Origin: Octopus sinensis
Lineage: Eukaryota
Direction of reading: 5' to 3'
Assembly (NCBI RefSeq): GCF_006345805.1
Contig: NC_042997.1
Location: forward strand, 43,338,001-43,402,000
Length of the DNA stretch: 64,000 bases
The notes beneath the pieces were generated by a model. It ran no database searches, was not told the DNA's origin, and saw nothing but the letters and a program-made list of their open reading frames with translations. Below, in pieces: positions 37,295 through 49,292 of the stretch. Numbering within the stretch: the stretch's first letter is position 1; each line of letters starts with the position of its first letter. Made by a program: the position numbers and the translations under genes.

Positions 37295-37859
37295 TAACAC
37301 TCTCGGAGTGGTTGGCATTAGCAAGGGCATCCACCTGTAGAAACTCTGCCAGATCAGATTGGAATCTGGTTCGCCAGACCTCAGTCAAATCATCCAACCC
37401 ATACTAGCATGGAAAGCAGACATTAAACAAAGATGATGATGATGTGTTAGTTGATTCCATTGATTTGAACTCAGAATGTGTGAAAAACCAGAACAAATGT
37501 TGAAAAATATTTTTGCCAACACTAATGATTCACTACCTTTAATAGTTTCTAATTTAAACACAAGACCCAGCAGCTCTAGATCCCTCATTAAGTTGAGACC
37601 ATCAACCCAATATTTAAGTGGCATTTTATTCTATCGTGGCCGTCCACCAGCCTCGTCTGGCACCTGTGTTGGTGGCACATAAAATCACCCACTACACTCT
37701 CGGAGTGGTTGGCGTTAGGAAGGGCATCCAGCTGTAGAAACACTGCCAGATCTGACTGGCCTGGTGCAGCCTTCGGGCTCCCCAGACCCCAGTTGAACCG
37801 TCCAACCCATTCTAGCATGGAAAGCGGACGCTAAACAATGATGATGATGATGATGATGA
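37295..37859 (+). mobile_element. Two RTE 3' ends (37295-37443 and 37630-37859)
   Basis: Same family motifs, (GAT)n tails. Confidence 0.75.
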
Positions 37860-37943
37860 CCTTGGACAAATCAAATGCAAAATTGGCCTCAAAGGGGTTT
37901 GAATCCAGAAAGTAAAAGAGTCAGAAGAAACACTGGTTTCCTA

Positions 37944-38830
37944 TTTTGGCACAAGGCCAGCAATTTTGAGAGAAAGTGTTTAGTCAATTCCATTGACTCC
38001 AGTGTTCAACTGCCACTTATTTTATCAACCCTGAAAGGATGAAAGGCAAAGTTTACCTCAGTGGAATTTGAACACAGGACATGAAGACGGACAAAATGCT
38101 GCCAAGCACTTTCCCCAGCATGCTAACAGTTCTGCCAGCTCACTGCTTCAAACAGACAAGAATTATTTCTAGTTTTAGCAGAAGGCCTGCAAGCTGAGAG
38201 AAGGGAGCGAGTTTATTACATCAACCCAGTACTTTATTCTATTGTTCCCCAAAAGGATGAAAGGCAAAGTTTTAAGGTTCAGCAGGATTTTGAGCTCAGA
38301 ACACGAAGAGCCAGAAGGAATTCTGCCCTGCATTTTGTCTGACACATTAACAATTCTGCCAGTTTGCTACCTTAGACATAATAATCCTTTCTACTTTAGG
38401 CACAAGGCCTGAAATGTTTGGGTTGAAGGGGGCTAGAGGATCACATCAACCTCAGTGTTCTGCTGGTACTTATTTTATCAACCTCCAAAAAAACGAAACC
38501 TGGGCAGAATTTGAACCCAGAATGTCAAGAGCCAGAAGATATGCCACTTAGCATTTTGTCTGACATGCTAACCACTCTGCCAGCTCACCACCTATGACAG
38601 ACAAATAATAAGGGTTTCGAATTATGGCACAAGGCCAGCAGTTTTTTGAGAGTAGAGGGAAGTCAATTACATCGACCTAGTACTTATTTTATTGACCCAC
38701 ACCCAAGAGAATGAAAGGTAAAGTCAACTTGGGCAGAATTTGAACTCAGAATGAAAAGAGGTAGAGGAAATGCCACTAAGTCTGTGGTGTGATATGCTAA
38801 CATTTCTGCCATCTCACTGTCTGAGACAGA
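37944..38830 (-). repeat. Four head-to-tail degenerate SINE-C units of about 220-230 bp
   Basis: Recurrent ggcacaaggcc...atgaaaggcaaag...tttgaactcagaa...tctgccagctc blocks. Confidence 0.65.
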
Positions 38831-39521
38831 CATAAAATAATGAAAATGAGATTAGTTGTCATATAAACACACCAAACAATATAAAAGGTCATAGACCTAA
38901 CCTGCCTTTCAATTTAACACCACCACCACCACCACCACCTGGTCTTTGAGTACCTTTAGCAGAGTCCACTCTGTTGTAAGCATCCAGTCCAGTTCTCTGG
39001 TTTGAGGATAATAACTATCACCAGTCATGCTAGTATTGCAAAAGGTTATCAACATTGCCCCTCTCTGATTAAACAGTAAAAAATTTTAAAAAATGGGAAA
39101 CCATGAGTTGATTTGAAAGAAGCATTTGTGACATTTAACTTCTTATTCTATTATCAGAAAATAAAGACATTTAACTCAACAGGTTGTCAGAGAAATTACT
39201 GCTGTGTCACTAAAACCATTATTCTGACCTGATTATTTAGATTATTCAAAAGCTGAAGTTTCACTGAGACCTCAATACTTTTATAGGTGCAGGTGTGGTT
39301 GTCTGGTAAGAAGTTTGCTTCCCAACCACATGGTTCCAGGTTCAATCTCACTGTATGGCACCTTGGGCAAGTGCCTTTTACCAAAGTCTTGTGAGTGGAT
39401 TTAGCAGATGGAAACTAAAAGGAACCTGTTGTATATGTGTGTACCATACAGCCGTGTCTGCACCTATGATGTCATATGAACACAAATTTACATTGGCAAG
39501 CGAAACTAAAGAACAATTTAA

Positions 39522-39742
39522 CCCTTTAGTGTTTGCATTATTCTGCCAAAATTAATGCTTTTTTATCCACTTTGTTTTGAACTAATCATGCATTATCTTG
39601 TAGCTATGAGATTTTGATGAGGTAGCTATTAATTTTTTAAACAATATTGTAGGGTTGGTGTGAGAGACCAGATAGGGCTAGTTTGAACATAAAACAGGTA
39701 GAATATTTTTGGCCGGATATGGCCAGTTTAAATGCTAAAGGG
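39522..39742. mobile_element. piggyBac-type MITE, 221 bp
   Basis: TTAA TSD on both sides, 8-bp TIR. Confidence 0.85.
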
Positions 39743-40179
39743 TTAAATGACTTGCTCAATTATAGTAATTAACTGGTAATGACAGCTGGGTTTAGAAGTT
39801 GGTTTGCTGACCAACTGACCATTACTAGCACAGCTATATTGTTTTGTGACGGTCAAAGCTAGCCTAGTTTATCTAATTACAAATAGATGAGTTGGATAAA
39901 ATACAGTTCACTGTAACGAGCAGTGAGTGCCCTGTGAAATGGGTAGGATATTTCATTAGCATGCAGGGTTTTCTCAGGGGTAGAATAACCTCAGCCAGAG
40001 AAGTTCTGCAGTGATGGAAATAATTCCATCTGAGCATGTGTGTGTGTGTGTATCCACCCATGCAAATGTGTGTCATTTTATGGCCAAATCCAGTAAATAA
40101 TATATACTTGTGCTTGAAATGAATATGTATGTCTATTTAGATTGACTCAGACTTTGGTTTTCTGCATGCTTTATGCAGC

Positions 40180-40585
40180 GTAGGAGTGGCTGTGTGGTAA
40201 GTAGCTTGCTTACGAACCACATGGTTCCGGGTTCAGTCCCACTGCGTGGCACCTTGGGCAAGTGTCTTCTGCTATAGCCTCGGGCTGACCAAAGCCTTGC
40301 GAGTGGATTTGGTAGACAGAAACTGAAAGAAGCCCGTCGTATATGGGTATATATATGTGTATATATGTGTGTGTGTTTGTGTGTCTGAGTTTGTCCCCCC
40401 CAACATTGCTTGACGACCGATGCTGGTGTGTTTATGTCCCCATAACTTAGCGGTTCGGCAAAAGAGACCGATATAATAAGTACTAGGCTTACAAAGAATA
40501 AGTCCTGGGGTTGATTTGCTCGACTAAAGGTGGTGCTCCAGCATGACCACAGTCAAATGACTGAAACAAGTAAAATAGAGTAAAG
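40180..40585 (+). mobile_element. SINE family A
   Basis: As above. Confidence 0.85.
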
Positions 40586-40842
40586 AGTAAAATGCACAGA
40601 TACATGTGTGTGTGTGTATCCTTAAATTTTTACAGACAGACAGATATCTGATGCTTCCACAATTTCATCAACCCAATTCACTCACAAGGCATTTATTAAC
40701 CTTAGACAATAGAAGACACTTGTCCTTGATGCCATGCAGCAGGACTAAACCTGAAACCATTTGACTGTGAAACAAACTTCTTCACCACACAGTCATGTTG
40801 ACCTCAGTACTTTTCTAATTTCCCATGAAAATATGTCTGGTA

Positions 40843-41440
40843 ATCATCATCATCATCATCGTTTAACGTCCGTTTTCCGCACTAGCATGGGTTGGACGGT
40901 TCGACTGGGATCTGGGAAGTCAGGAGGCTGCACCAGGCTCCAGTCTGATCTGGCAGTGTTTCTACGGCTGGATGCCCTTCCTAACACCAACCACTCCGCG
41001 AGTGTAGTGGGTGCTTTTTACGTGCCACCTGCACAGGTGCCAGGGGAGTCTGGCATCGGCCACGATCGGTTGGTGCTTTTAATGTGCCACCGGCACGGAA
41101 GCCAGCCAAGGCGGCGCTGGCATCGGCCACGTTCGGATGGTGCCTTTTATGTGCCACCGGCACAGAAGCCAGTCGAGGCGGCCCTGGCATCGGCCATGTT
41201 TGGATGGTGCTTTTTATGTGCCACCGGCACAGAAGCCAGTTGAGGCGGCGCTGGCAACGGCCACGTTCGGATGGTGCTTTTTATGTGCCACCGGCACAGG
41301 TATCACAACTACTATTTCCATTGATATTTGTTTCGATGTTCATGTACATGCACTTGACTCAACAGGTCTCCTCAAGCACAGCGAGATGTTCCGGGATCCA
41401 AGGTACTTTGAATGGGCAGGGGCTATGCGGAACTCAAGGG
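40843..41440 (-). mobile_element. RTE 3' UTR with five 62-67 bp units
   Basis: Cores at 41022, 41084, 41151, 41218 and 41285. Confidence 0.85.
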
Positions 41441-42321
41441 GCTAGAAAATATTCCTTGGTTTGGTGAGGGTTGATAACAAGAAAGTTATCCAACTAGAGA
41501 AAATAGAATCTGCTTTAAGAAATTCCATCCAACCTATATGAGCCTGGTAAAGTGGATGTTACAATGATGATGATAATGATGGAGGGGGAGGAGGAACTCA
41601 AACTGAAAATTTGAAATTTTGCTAAAAATAAAATTTGTTTGCAATTAAAAATTTTTGTAGTTCTATATTTTTGATTGTGTTATTTCACAAATAAAAGTTT
41701 AAACAGATTATGATATGTTTAATTTTTTTTCCCTTTTTTTTTTTTGTGAATAAAAACGGAAGAAATTATTAAAAGAAATTAACATTAATTATCCTTTAAT
41801 TTGTGCAAAAGTTACTGCATTAAAAATTTGTTAGAAATTTTTCTTTATTTGACTTTCTTTTTCAGGGAGTGAGATGACCGATTCATTAGCTGACCGATTT
41901 ATTAGCTGACCGATTCATTAGCTGACAGATTCATTAGCTGACAGATTCATTAGCACACTGGACAAAATGCTATTATGCATTTTGTTCTTTACGTTCTGAG
42001 TTCAAATTCCTGTCTTTCATCGTTTTGGGATTAATAAAGTAGTACCAGCTAAACACTGGGGTTGATGTAATCAACTTACCCACTCCCAGAGAATTACTTG
42101 TGCCAAAATTAGAAAGAACTATTTAACTTCCATTTTAATATATGTGTATCATTTCAAATTTAATATGAATTTTTTCATAGTTTGTACAGATGGTACCAAT
42201 GGGGCTGTATAAATTGGCAGCATGTACCGATGAGATACTACATAGTAACCAACCAGATCAGTGCCTTGCCGTTCTAATCTCAAATCCCCGCCCCTGTTAA
42301 TTTTGCATTTCATTCCTTCAT

Positions 42322-42481
42322 TCTACACTCACGGAGTGGTTGGCGTTAGGAAGGGCATTCAGCCGTAGAAACACTGCCAGATCAGACTGGGCCTGATGCA
42401 GCCTTCTGGCTTCACAGACCCCAGTTGAACCATCCAACCCATGCTAGCATGGAAAGCGGACGCTAAATGATGATGATGATG
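42322..42481 (+). mobile_element. Short RTE 3' end
   Basis: Same family motifs. Confidence 0.8.
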
Positions 42482-43366
42482 GTTAAACGCTGTTGATACA
42501 ACAAACTTTACCTCACAGATACTTTTTTTTACAAAAATAGCTTTTAAAAATGACATGTCTGGGGAGATTTTGTGAGATCCTAAAGTTATTTTGGTATTGT
42601 GGGGATTACCCTACACTTTAAATCTGTAAGGTCAACTAACAAATGCTTTCTGTCATTTAACAAAAGTTGTTCAGGAAATCAGGATGCTCTACTGAGTTGC
42701 TAACAGCAGATTTCAATACTCTTTGCATGTATGTGTGGGTGCATGATTATTTTGAAAATACCTCATTGATTGACGATCATGCCCTGCATAGTTACAGGCT
42801 GCCCCTTTGGCAAAGCAAAGCACCCATTCAGCCATCCTGCCAGGGATACAGAAATGTCATGGGACTGCTGTATGGTAGATCTTTTTTATTTTTTTTTTTT
42901 ATGAAGAGGTAGCGGAAGAGTTCAACTGAGCCAACAGTGCTTCTTATGTTGATGCTGAGTGGAAGAATCCTAGAAGACCAATGGTCGAGATCACCAAGAG
43001 AGTAACTGCAATGCATCCATACAGGTGGAATCAGCTAATGAAAGATTCACTGTGACTCAAGCTCCCAATTCAAATTCTAATAATGGAATTGGATGGCAAC
43101 AAAAAGTCATAGGAATCTGCAAAAGAAGCCAAAGAGAAATATGTGTGTGTTTTGGTTCTGGATCTTCTTCATTCCTATACTTCCAACAAAGACAATTCTC
43201 ATAAGAAAATAGATACTTTTTTTTATGTATCTTCTCTTTGTTGATGATAGGCAAAACAGAAATTTGCGAAATATTTGGCTTCCCAACAATTGTTTGGGTC
43301 TTGTAAGTGAAGAGTTTGCATTTTATCAGTGAAATATGGGTTAACAATGTTTGAAATAAAGATATA

Positions 43367-43786
43367 CTCTCTTTACTCTTTTACTCTTTTACTTCTTTCA
43401 GTCATTTGACTGCGGCCATGCTGGAGCACCGCCTTTAGTCGAGCAAATCGACCCTGGGACTTATTCTTTGTAAGCCCAGTACTTATTCTATTGGTCTCTT
43501 TTGCCGAACCACTAAGTGACGGGGACGTAAACACACCAGCATCGGTTGTCAAGCAATGCTAGGGAGACAAACACAGACACACAAACATATACACACACAC
43601 ACTTATATATATATACATATATACGACAGGCTTCTTTCAGTTTCCGTCTACCAAATCCACTCACAAGGCATTGGTCAGCCCGGGGCTATAGCAGAAGACA
43701 CTTACCCAAGATGCCACGCAGTGGGACTGAACCCAGAACCATGTGGTTGGTTAGCAAGCTACTTACCACACAGCCACTCCTGCGAC
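43367..43786 (-). mobile_element. SINE family A
   Basis: As above. Confidence 0.85.
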
Positions 43787-45250
43787 TATATATTTCAGAT
43801 TTGCTAAGAACTTTCAGCTATGCTATGATGCATACATACACACGCACACACACACACACACATGCACACACACACACACATGCACATATGTACACATTTA
43901 TGTATACAAACATACATCTTATACATAAATGACAATTTCTGTCTGTTACCAATCTTGCTGCCTACACCAGTAAACCAATATTGACAAAACTTTGCATACA
44001 TGTTAAACTAACATCCAGTTCAATCATAGGTTAATTGGACTTCAATAAAAATCTAGGTGTGGGGGGGGCTATTATTTGATAGAATGAAAAGGGTGCATGA
44101 GTGTTAGTGTGAGAGAAATGTAGTGGTATAGTGAGTGTGCCTCATATCAGAGAAGGGGAAAACAGCATTGTGTAAGTGACAAATATGGAGTGGCAATGGA
44201 ATGGTAACATTAATAGAGCTGTCATTCAGGGATATACATGTGATGCTGCACACATACTTTCATAAATACATAGATAAATACATGCACCCACACACAAGTA
44301 ACTTTTAAAATGCCGAGGAAGGGAAAGAAAGATGGGTGTGAGGAATACTTAGCTTTAAGGAGAGAGGGGGTAGGTAGCTTTTCTGCTGTCCATTGCAAAG
44401 AAACAGACACACACACATATATATACATGCATATGTACATACATACGTCTACTATGCACCATTTTAAACTCGTGATTACCTGTGTCTATGTTTGTAAATG
44501 TTTGTGTAAGTGTGTGTGTGTGTGTGTGTGTGAGATGTCCTGTAACTGTTTATCTCTCTACAGTTGTAGGGTCTTCTCTGTTGCTGTCACATGTTGTGAA
44601 ATTTTAAAATTATGTTAAAATTTTCAAATTTGGTGTAAGGAAATAATTTTCCAAGTTAAATCTGATTTTGTTATTTATTTGTTCCAGAAAAATTGTAGAA
44701 AAATGTTACTGAGGTTTAAAGTTTAATCAATTTTACTTAATCAGAAAACAGGATTTGGAAGCTGGCATTTTCTGCGTGATAGCTGTCTATCACAAAATGA
44801 AAGCAAAATCATTAGGAGGAGGAATTTTTATTAAAAAAACAAACGCAAAGTATTATAACAACCAAAATTGTAAGAACTTCTGAAGTTTTAATAAGTTTAA
44901 TGAGTAAAGTCATATGATACAGTCAAACAGACATGTAAATAATTTAAAAAGGAAAAAAATCCTCAGCAAAAGTTTTTGGCGGAAAATTGCACAAATCTCT
45001 CCTGATCAAGAGGCCTATCTGTTGAAGAAGGCATGGTCTGACATGGAATAAACAAAAATATACATAAGACATTTTATTGTAAAAACTGCCTGGCAATGAT
45101 GGTCTATTCAGCTAGTACATGTGTGTGTGTATATTATACTGTCACCTCTCGAGTAAGCCTTCAGTTTAATGTTAGATTGTTTTTATTATAGCTCAAAATA
45201 AAAGCAACAGTATATAATATAAATGTATATATATATATATATATATATGT

Positions 45251-45300
<50 letters not shown>

Positions 45301-45951
45301 ATATATACATACATATATTAACAACAAAAAATTAGAGTAGTAATCTATTTTTTAAGAAGATAATTGTATAGGTGACTATACAGTGAAGTGCTTTATAGAT
45401 GTAAAACCAATGGTCACTGTACATGTATACAGGTAAGTGGAAAAACAAAAGAAAGAGGTACTCAACACATTTAGTATGAGTTACACTTGCTTGACCAAGG
45501 ATCTTTTTAAACTCAAGGAAAGAAGTATTTAGTCAATGCCCACATCTAAGATGTTTACTGTTACAAACTTGGAATTCTACGTTCATTGTATAGAAGAACC
45601 TTAACAACATCTTCAAATATCACAAGGCCAGAACCAATGCAAGAGAGATAATTCCATCCTATATGCAGCACCACTTTTATGACCATTCAAGATGTATATT
45701 TTTTGTTTACAAACGAACTGAGCAGGATGTCTTCTTCCCTCTAGTTGTAGAGTGGTTATGTGCCTTTGGCCATTTGTGTCTGACTAGTCACCTATATAAC
45801 TAAGTGTTTTATGGGTACGAAACCAATAGTCACTCTCTGACTGTCCTTAACAATCAACCTCCCCCCAAAATACATTACTGTTCTAATGTTTTAGAACATG
45901 CTTTTTTTTTCAGATATATAAAATGCTGACAACATATATATATATATATAT

Positions 45952-45987
<36 letters not shown>

Positions 45988-46514
45988 ATCTATTCTAAAA
46001 ATGTTGTTATTAAATATTCTTTTAGTTGATTCTCTGTGCATGCATGCAAGTGTATTCCATCAATGTTTATTGCATTGTAATAATGTATGAGAATAAGCAA
46101 TTTGTTAATTGAACTCTTACAGTGAGTGTATTTTATGATGCTTACACATCAACTCAATATACATACACCTGTGTGTGTGTGTGTGTGTTTGTATATGTGT
46201 ACGTATGTATGTTCACATGCATACATGCATGTATGTATGCATACATGTATGTATGAGTAAATTTTTTAATAAATTAGCCATGGAAGGAGGAACATTGTCC
46301 ATGATCTTTGAAGACCCACTTAGATTAGTGAACTCGATTTAGTTAATGCCTGGCCTTCATATCTGTAAGCCAATGTCTACATTTGAAATGTGAGCAGAGG
46401 GAGGGGTCATATCCATAATGCTTGCAATGTCATGAATCTCACAAAAGTTGGCTCAAGGCATAGATGTGGTGTTAACTAGTCATTTTAGACTAATTATCCT
46501 ATGTTATTCTAGAG

Positions 46515-46781
46515 CTAATATAACCAGAACAATGAGAAAGAAAGAGACAACACTATTCCTATATAGATCCCCAGATAACCGTTGACAATACTGCTGTCAT
46601 TGCAAAAGTCTTTGTCATCACAACAGGTGCGGAGGAAACAACCAGTAACATTATATTTGCGTGGATTAGATGAGCAGTTATGAAATTCTTCTGTGGTGTG
46701 TGAAGTGCAGATTCCAGCCGAGCATGACCTAACAATTGACTTGTACCGAGGGAAAAGTCTTCCAAGCTGATAGATAACTTT
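46515..46781 (-). CDS. Ly6/uPAR protein exon 3 (LU C-terminal half plus GPI-type tail)
   Basis: tttttacag acceptor; KVIYQLGRLFPRYKSIVRSCSAGICTSHTTEEFHNCSSNPRKYNVTGCFLRTCCDDKDFCNDSSIVNGYLGIYIGIVLSLSFSLFWLY*; hallmark CC...CN followed by a small-residue site and a hydrophobic C-terminus. Confidence 0.9.
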   Translation of the reverse strand, partial: KVIYQLGRLFPRYKSIVRSCSAGICTSHTTEEFHNCSSNPRKYNVTGCFLRTCCDDKDFCNDSSIVNGYLGIYIGIVLSLSFSLFWLY

Positions 46782-46892
46782 CTGTAAAAAATAGGTAAAT
46801 AAATAAATTAAAAAATATATAAAAGAAGGGCTGAATAAGATTAAAAAGAAAAGAAAGAAAAGGGGTTAACAAAACAGCTTCATCATGATATG

Positions 46893-47300
46893 AAGGAGTG
46901 GCTGTGTGGTAAGTAGCTTCCTAACCAACCACATGGTTCCGGGTTCAGTCCCACTGCGTGGCATCTTGGGCAAGTGTCTTCTGCTATAGCCCCGGGAGAA
47001 CCAATGCCTTGTGAGTGGATTTGGTAGGTGGAAACTGAAAGAAGCCTGTCGTATATATGTATATATATATATGTGTATGTGTGTGTGTTTGTGTGTCTGT
47101 GTTTGTCCCCCTAGCATTGCTTGACAACCGATGCTGGTGTGTTTACGTCCCCGTCACTTAGCGTTTCGGCAAAAGAGACTGATAGAATAAGTACTGGGCT
47201 TACAAAGAATAAGTCCTGGGGTCAATTTGCTCGACTAATGGCGGTGCTCCAGCATGGCTGCAGTCATGACTGAAACAAGTAAAAGAGAGTAAAGAGAGAG
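46893..47300 (+). mobile_element. SINE family A
   Basis: As above. Confidence 0.85.
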
Positions 47301-47314
47301 TATATATTTGCTGG

Positions 47315-47830
47315 TATATAACGGGCATGTCCCACATATCCTGAAAACCAAGTCCTCCCAAACTGTGATGGTCCGTGGATGTGTCTCTTGTGAGATTGAC
47401 ATCATGCTGCCTCACATCTTTGAACAGGGGCTTAGGCTCAATTCAAACGGTTATGTGAAGTTGCTGGAGACTGTAGTCAATCCCTGGTTGGAGAGGGTTG
47501 CTGCTGGAAGGTCATATGGGCGACAGCAGGATTCAGCTTTTTGTCATACCTCTAGAAAGAGTGAGAAGTGGTTACTGGAGGATTTCTATGATTTCACTTC
47601 CAGCCCCAATTTCTATTCTCCTAATTTCTCTAATCGTAATCCAATGGATTATTATGTGTGGGGTGTGAGTGAGAAAGACATCAACTGCTCTGCCTGCAAC
47701 ACCAAGGCTGAGCTGGTGGTCAGGATCAATGAGGTATTCGATGATCTTCCTAGGGAAGCAATGAGGAACATTTGCACCAGGTTCCAGAACCATCTCGAGG
47801 CCATAGTGGAAGCTGAGGGCAGTTTGACAT
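47315..47830 (+). pseudogene. Tc1/mariner maT (DD37D-like) transposase relic in Ly6 intron 2
   Basis: QQDSA.CHT...NPMDYYVWG, with 38 residues between the last two Asp; the WPPNSPD motif is degraded. Confidence 0.8.
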
Positions 47831-48008
47831 TTAAAAATTGTTTTGATTTTTTAAAATATATTTTTATTTTGGGATTAGGTATTCCTTTTATGTAAACTGA
47901 CAAATTTAGCCAAAACCTGCCAAGAGGAAGTTGTGTTTCTGCTGGTATTTTTAATGAAAACAATTGAATAGAGGTGATAGAAAGTAAGTGAGAGAGAGAG
48001 GGGGGAGA

Positions 48009-48043
<35 letters not shown>

Positions 48044-48751
48044 TTGCAAGGAAAGAAAGTAAAAGTAGTAGAATGTGTGAGAAAAAAATAAAAAGTATAA
48101 AATGAAATAAAAAAGGAAGGGGTACAAATGAAGGGTGCAAGGGAGAAAAGAGTAAGGTATTTAAAAAATGCTATCTTACAGTTTAAGATTCTAAAATTTG
48201 GTTATCTCATAGTGATTAGAATTAGTTTTCTGATTGAATCATACAGAAATCTTCAATAACAAACGAATTTTGGTAAAAAAATATATTAAAGCAGGTATTT
48301 TAAGAATTTGCTAGACAATATAGAGTTTAAAAATTGCTTTCTTTTAGTAAAAGTTACATACTCATAACTAATTAATAAGTAACTTTATTATTATAGTATA
48401 GCTGTGTACTCTTTAGCTATGAATGCCAAACAGTTCTAACTTACTACCCCTTCCAAACATCTTTAACCCTTTCATTACTGCATTTATTTTGAGATGTTCT
48501 GTGTTTTTTTTCAATTTCTTTCACTATAACAAAGAATTTAGTAAAATAACTTAGTTATCATTCAGCTAGTTTTAGAAACCATAGATTGTCACTAAGGTTT
48601 GGTGGAAGATTTTAATTCAAAACTTATGAAAACAAGACATTTGTACTCAAAGAGCCAAAGCCGGTTTCAGCTGGGTTGGTAACAAAAGGGTTAATAAATT
48701 TAACAAGAAATAAATGAGCAGAGAGCAATGATAAGTAAGCAAAGGTCTTAC

Positions 48752-48867
48752 CAAGCATGACTGTCCCTTTTTACAAACCACTGTCATAGCTTCAGCATTA
48801 GGATCAAGTTGGTGGCAATTCTCTGAAATACACTTCCAGCAACGGAGACCATTGCAAGGGTAGATGA
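48752..48867 (-). CDS. Ly6/uPAR protein exon 2
   Basis: pyrimidine tract ttctctttctctcttgattgttgcag acceptor and gtaaga donor; IYPCNGLRCWKCISENCHQLDPNAEAMTVVCKKGQSCL; phases 1 to 0. Confidence 0.88.
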
Positions 48868-48922
48868 CTGCAACAATCAAGAGAGAAAGAGAATGTCTTC
48901 ATTTAAAATATCGACTGTAAAA

Positions 48923-49292
48923 TCATCATCATCATCATCATCGTTTAACGTCCGTTCTCCATGCTAGCATGGGTTGGATGGTTCGACCGGGGATCTGGGA
49001 AGCCAGAAGGCTGCACCAGGCTCCGGTCTTATCTGGCAATGTTTCTACAGCTGGATGCCCTTCCTAATGCCAACCACTCCGTGAGTGTAGTGGGTGTTTT
49101 TTACGTGCCACCTGCACTGGTGCCAGGCGAGGCTGGCAACGGCCATGATCGGATTGGTGCATTTTACATGCCACCTGCACGGAAGCCAGTCGAGGCGGCA
49201 CTGGCTTCAGCCACGATTCGGATGGTGCTTTTTACGTGCCACCGACACGGAAGCCAGTCAAGGCGGTGCTGGCATCGGCCACGATTCGGATC
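48923..49292 (-). mobile_element. RTE 3' end 55 bp upstream of the Ly6 exon 2 acceptor
   Basis: Same family motifs. Confidence 0.85.

Noticed and set aside
42667-43347. Several 60-96 aa ORFs in unique-looking DNA
   Set aside because: No recognisable motifs or consistent splice sites.
48868-48902. ATG-KTFSF just upstream of Ly6 exon 2 as a start codon
   Set aside because: Out of frame by 1 nt with the LU domain; the stretch is better explained as the polypyrimidine tract of the acceptor, and a phase-compatible exon 1 exists at 63492.
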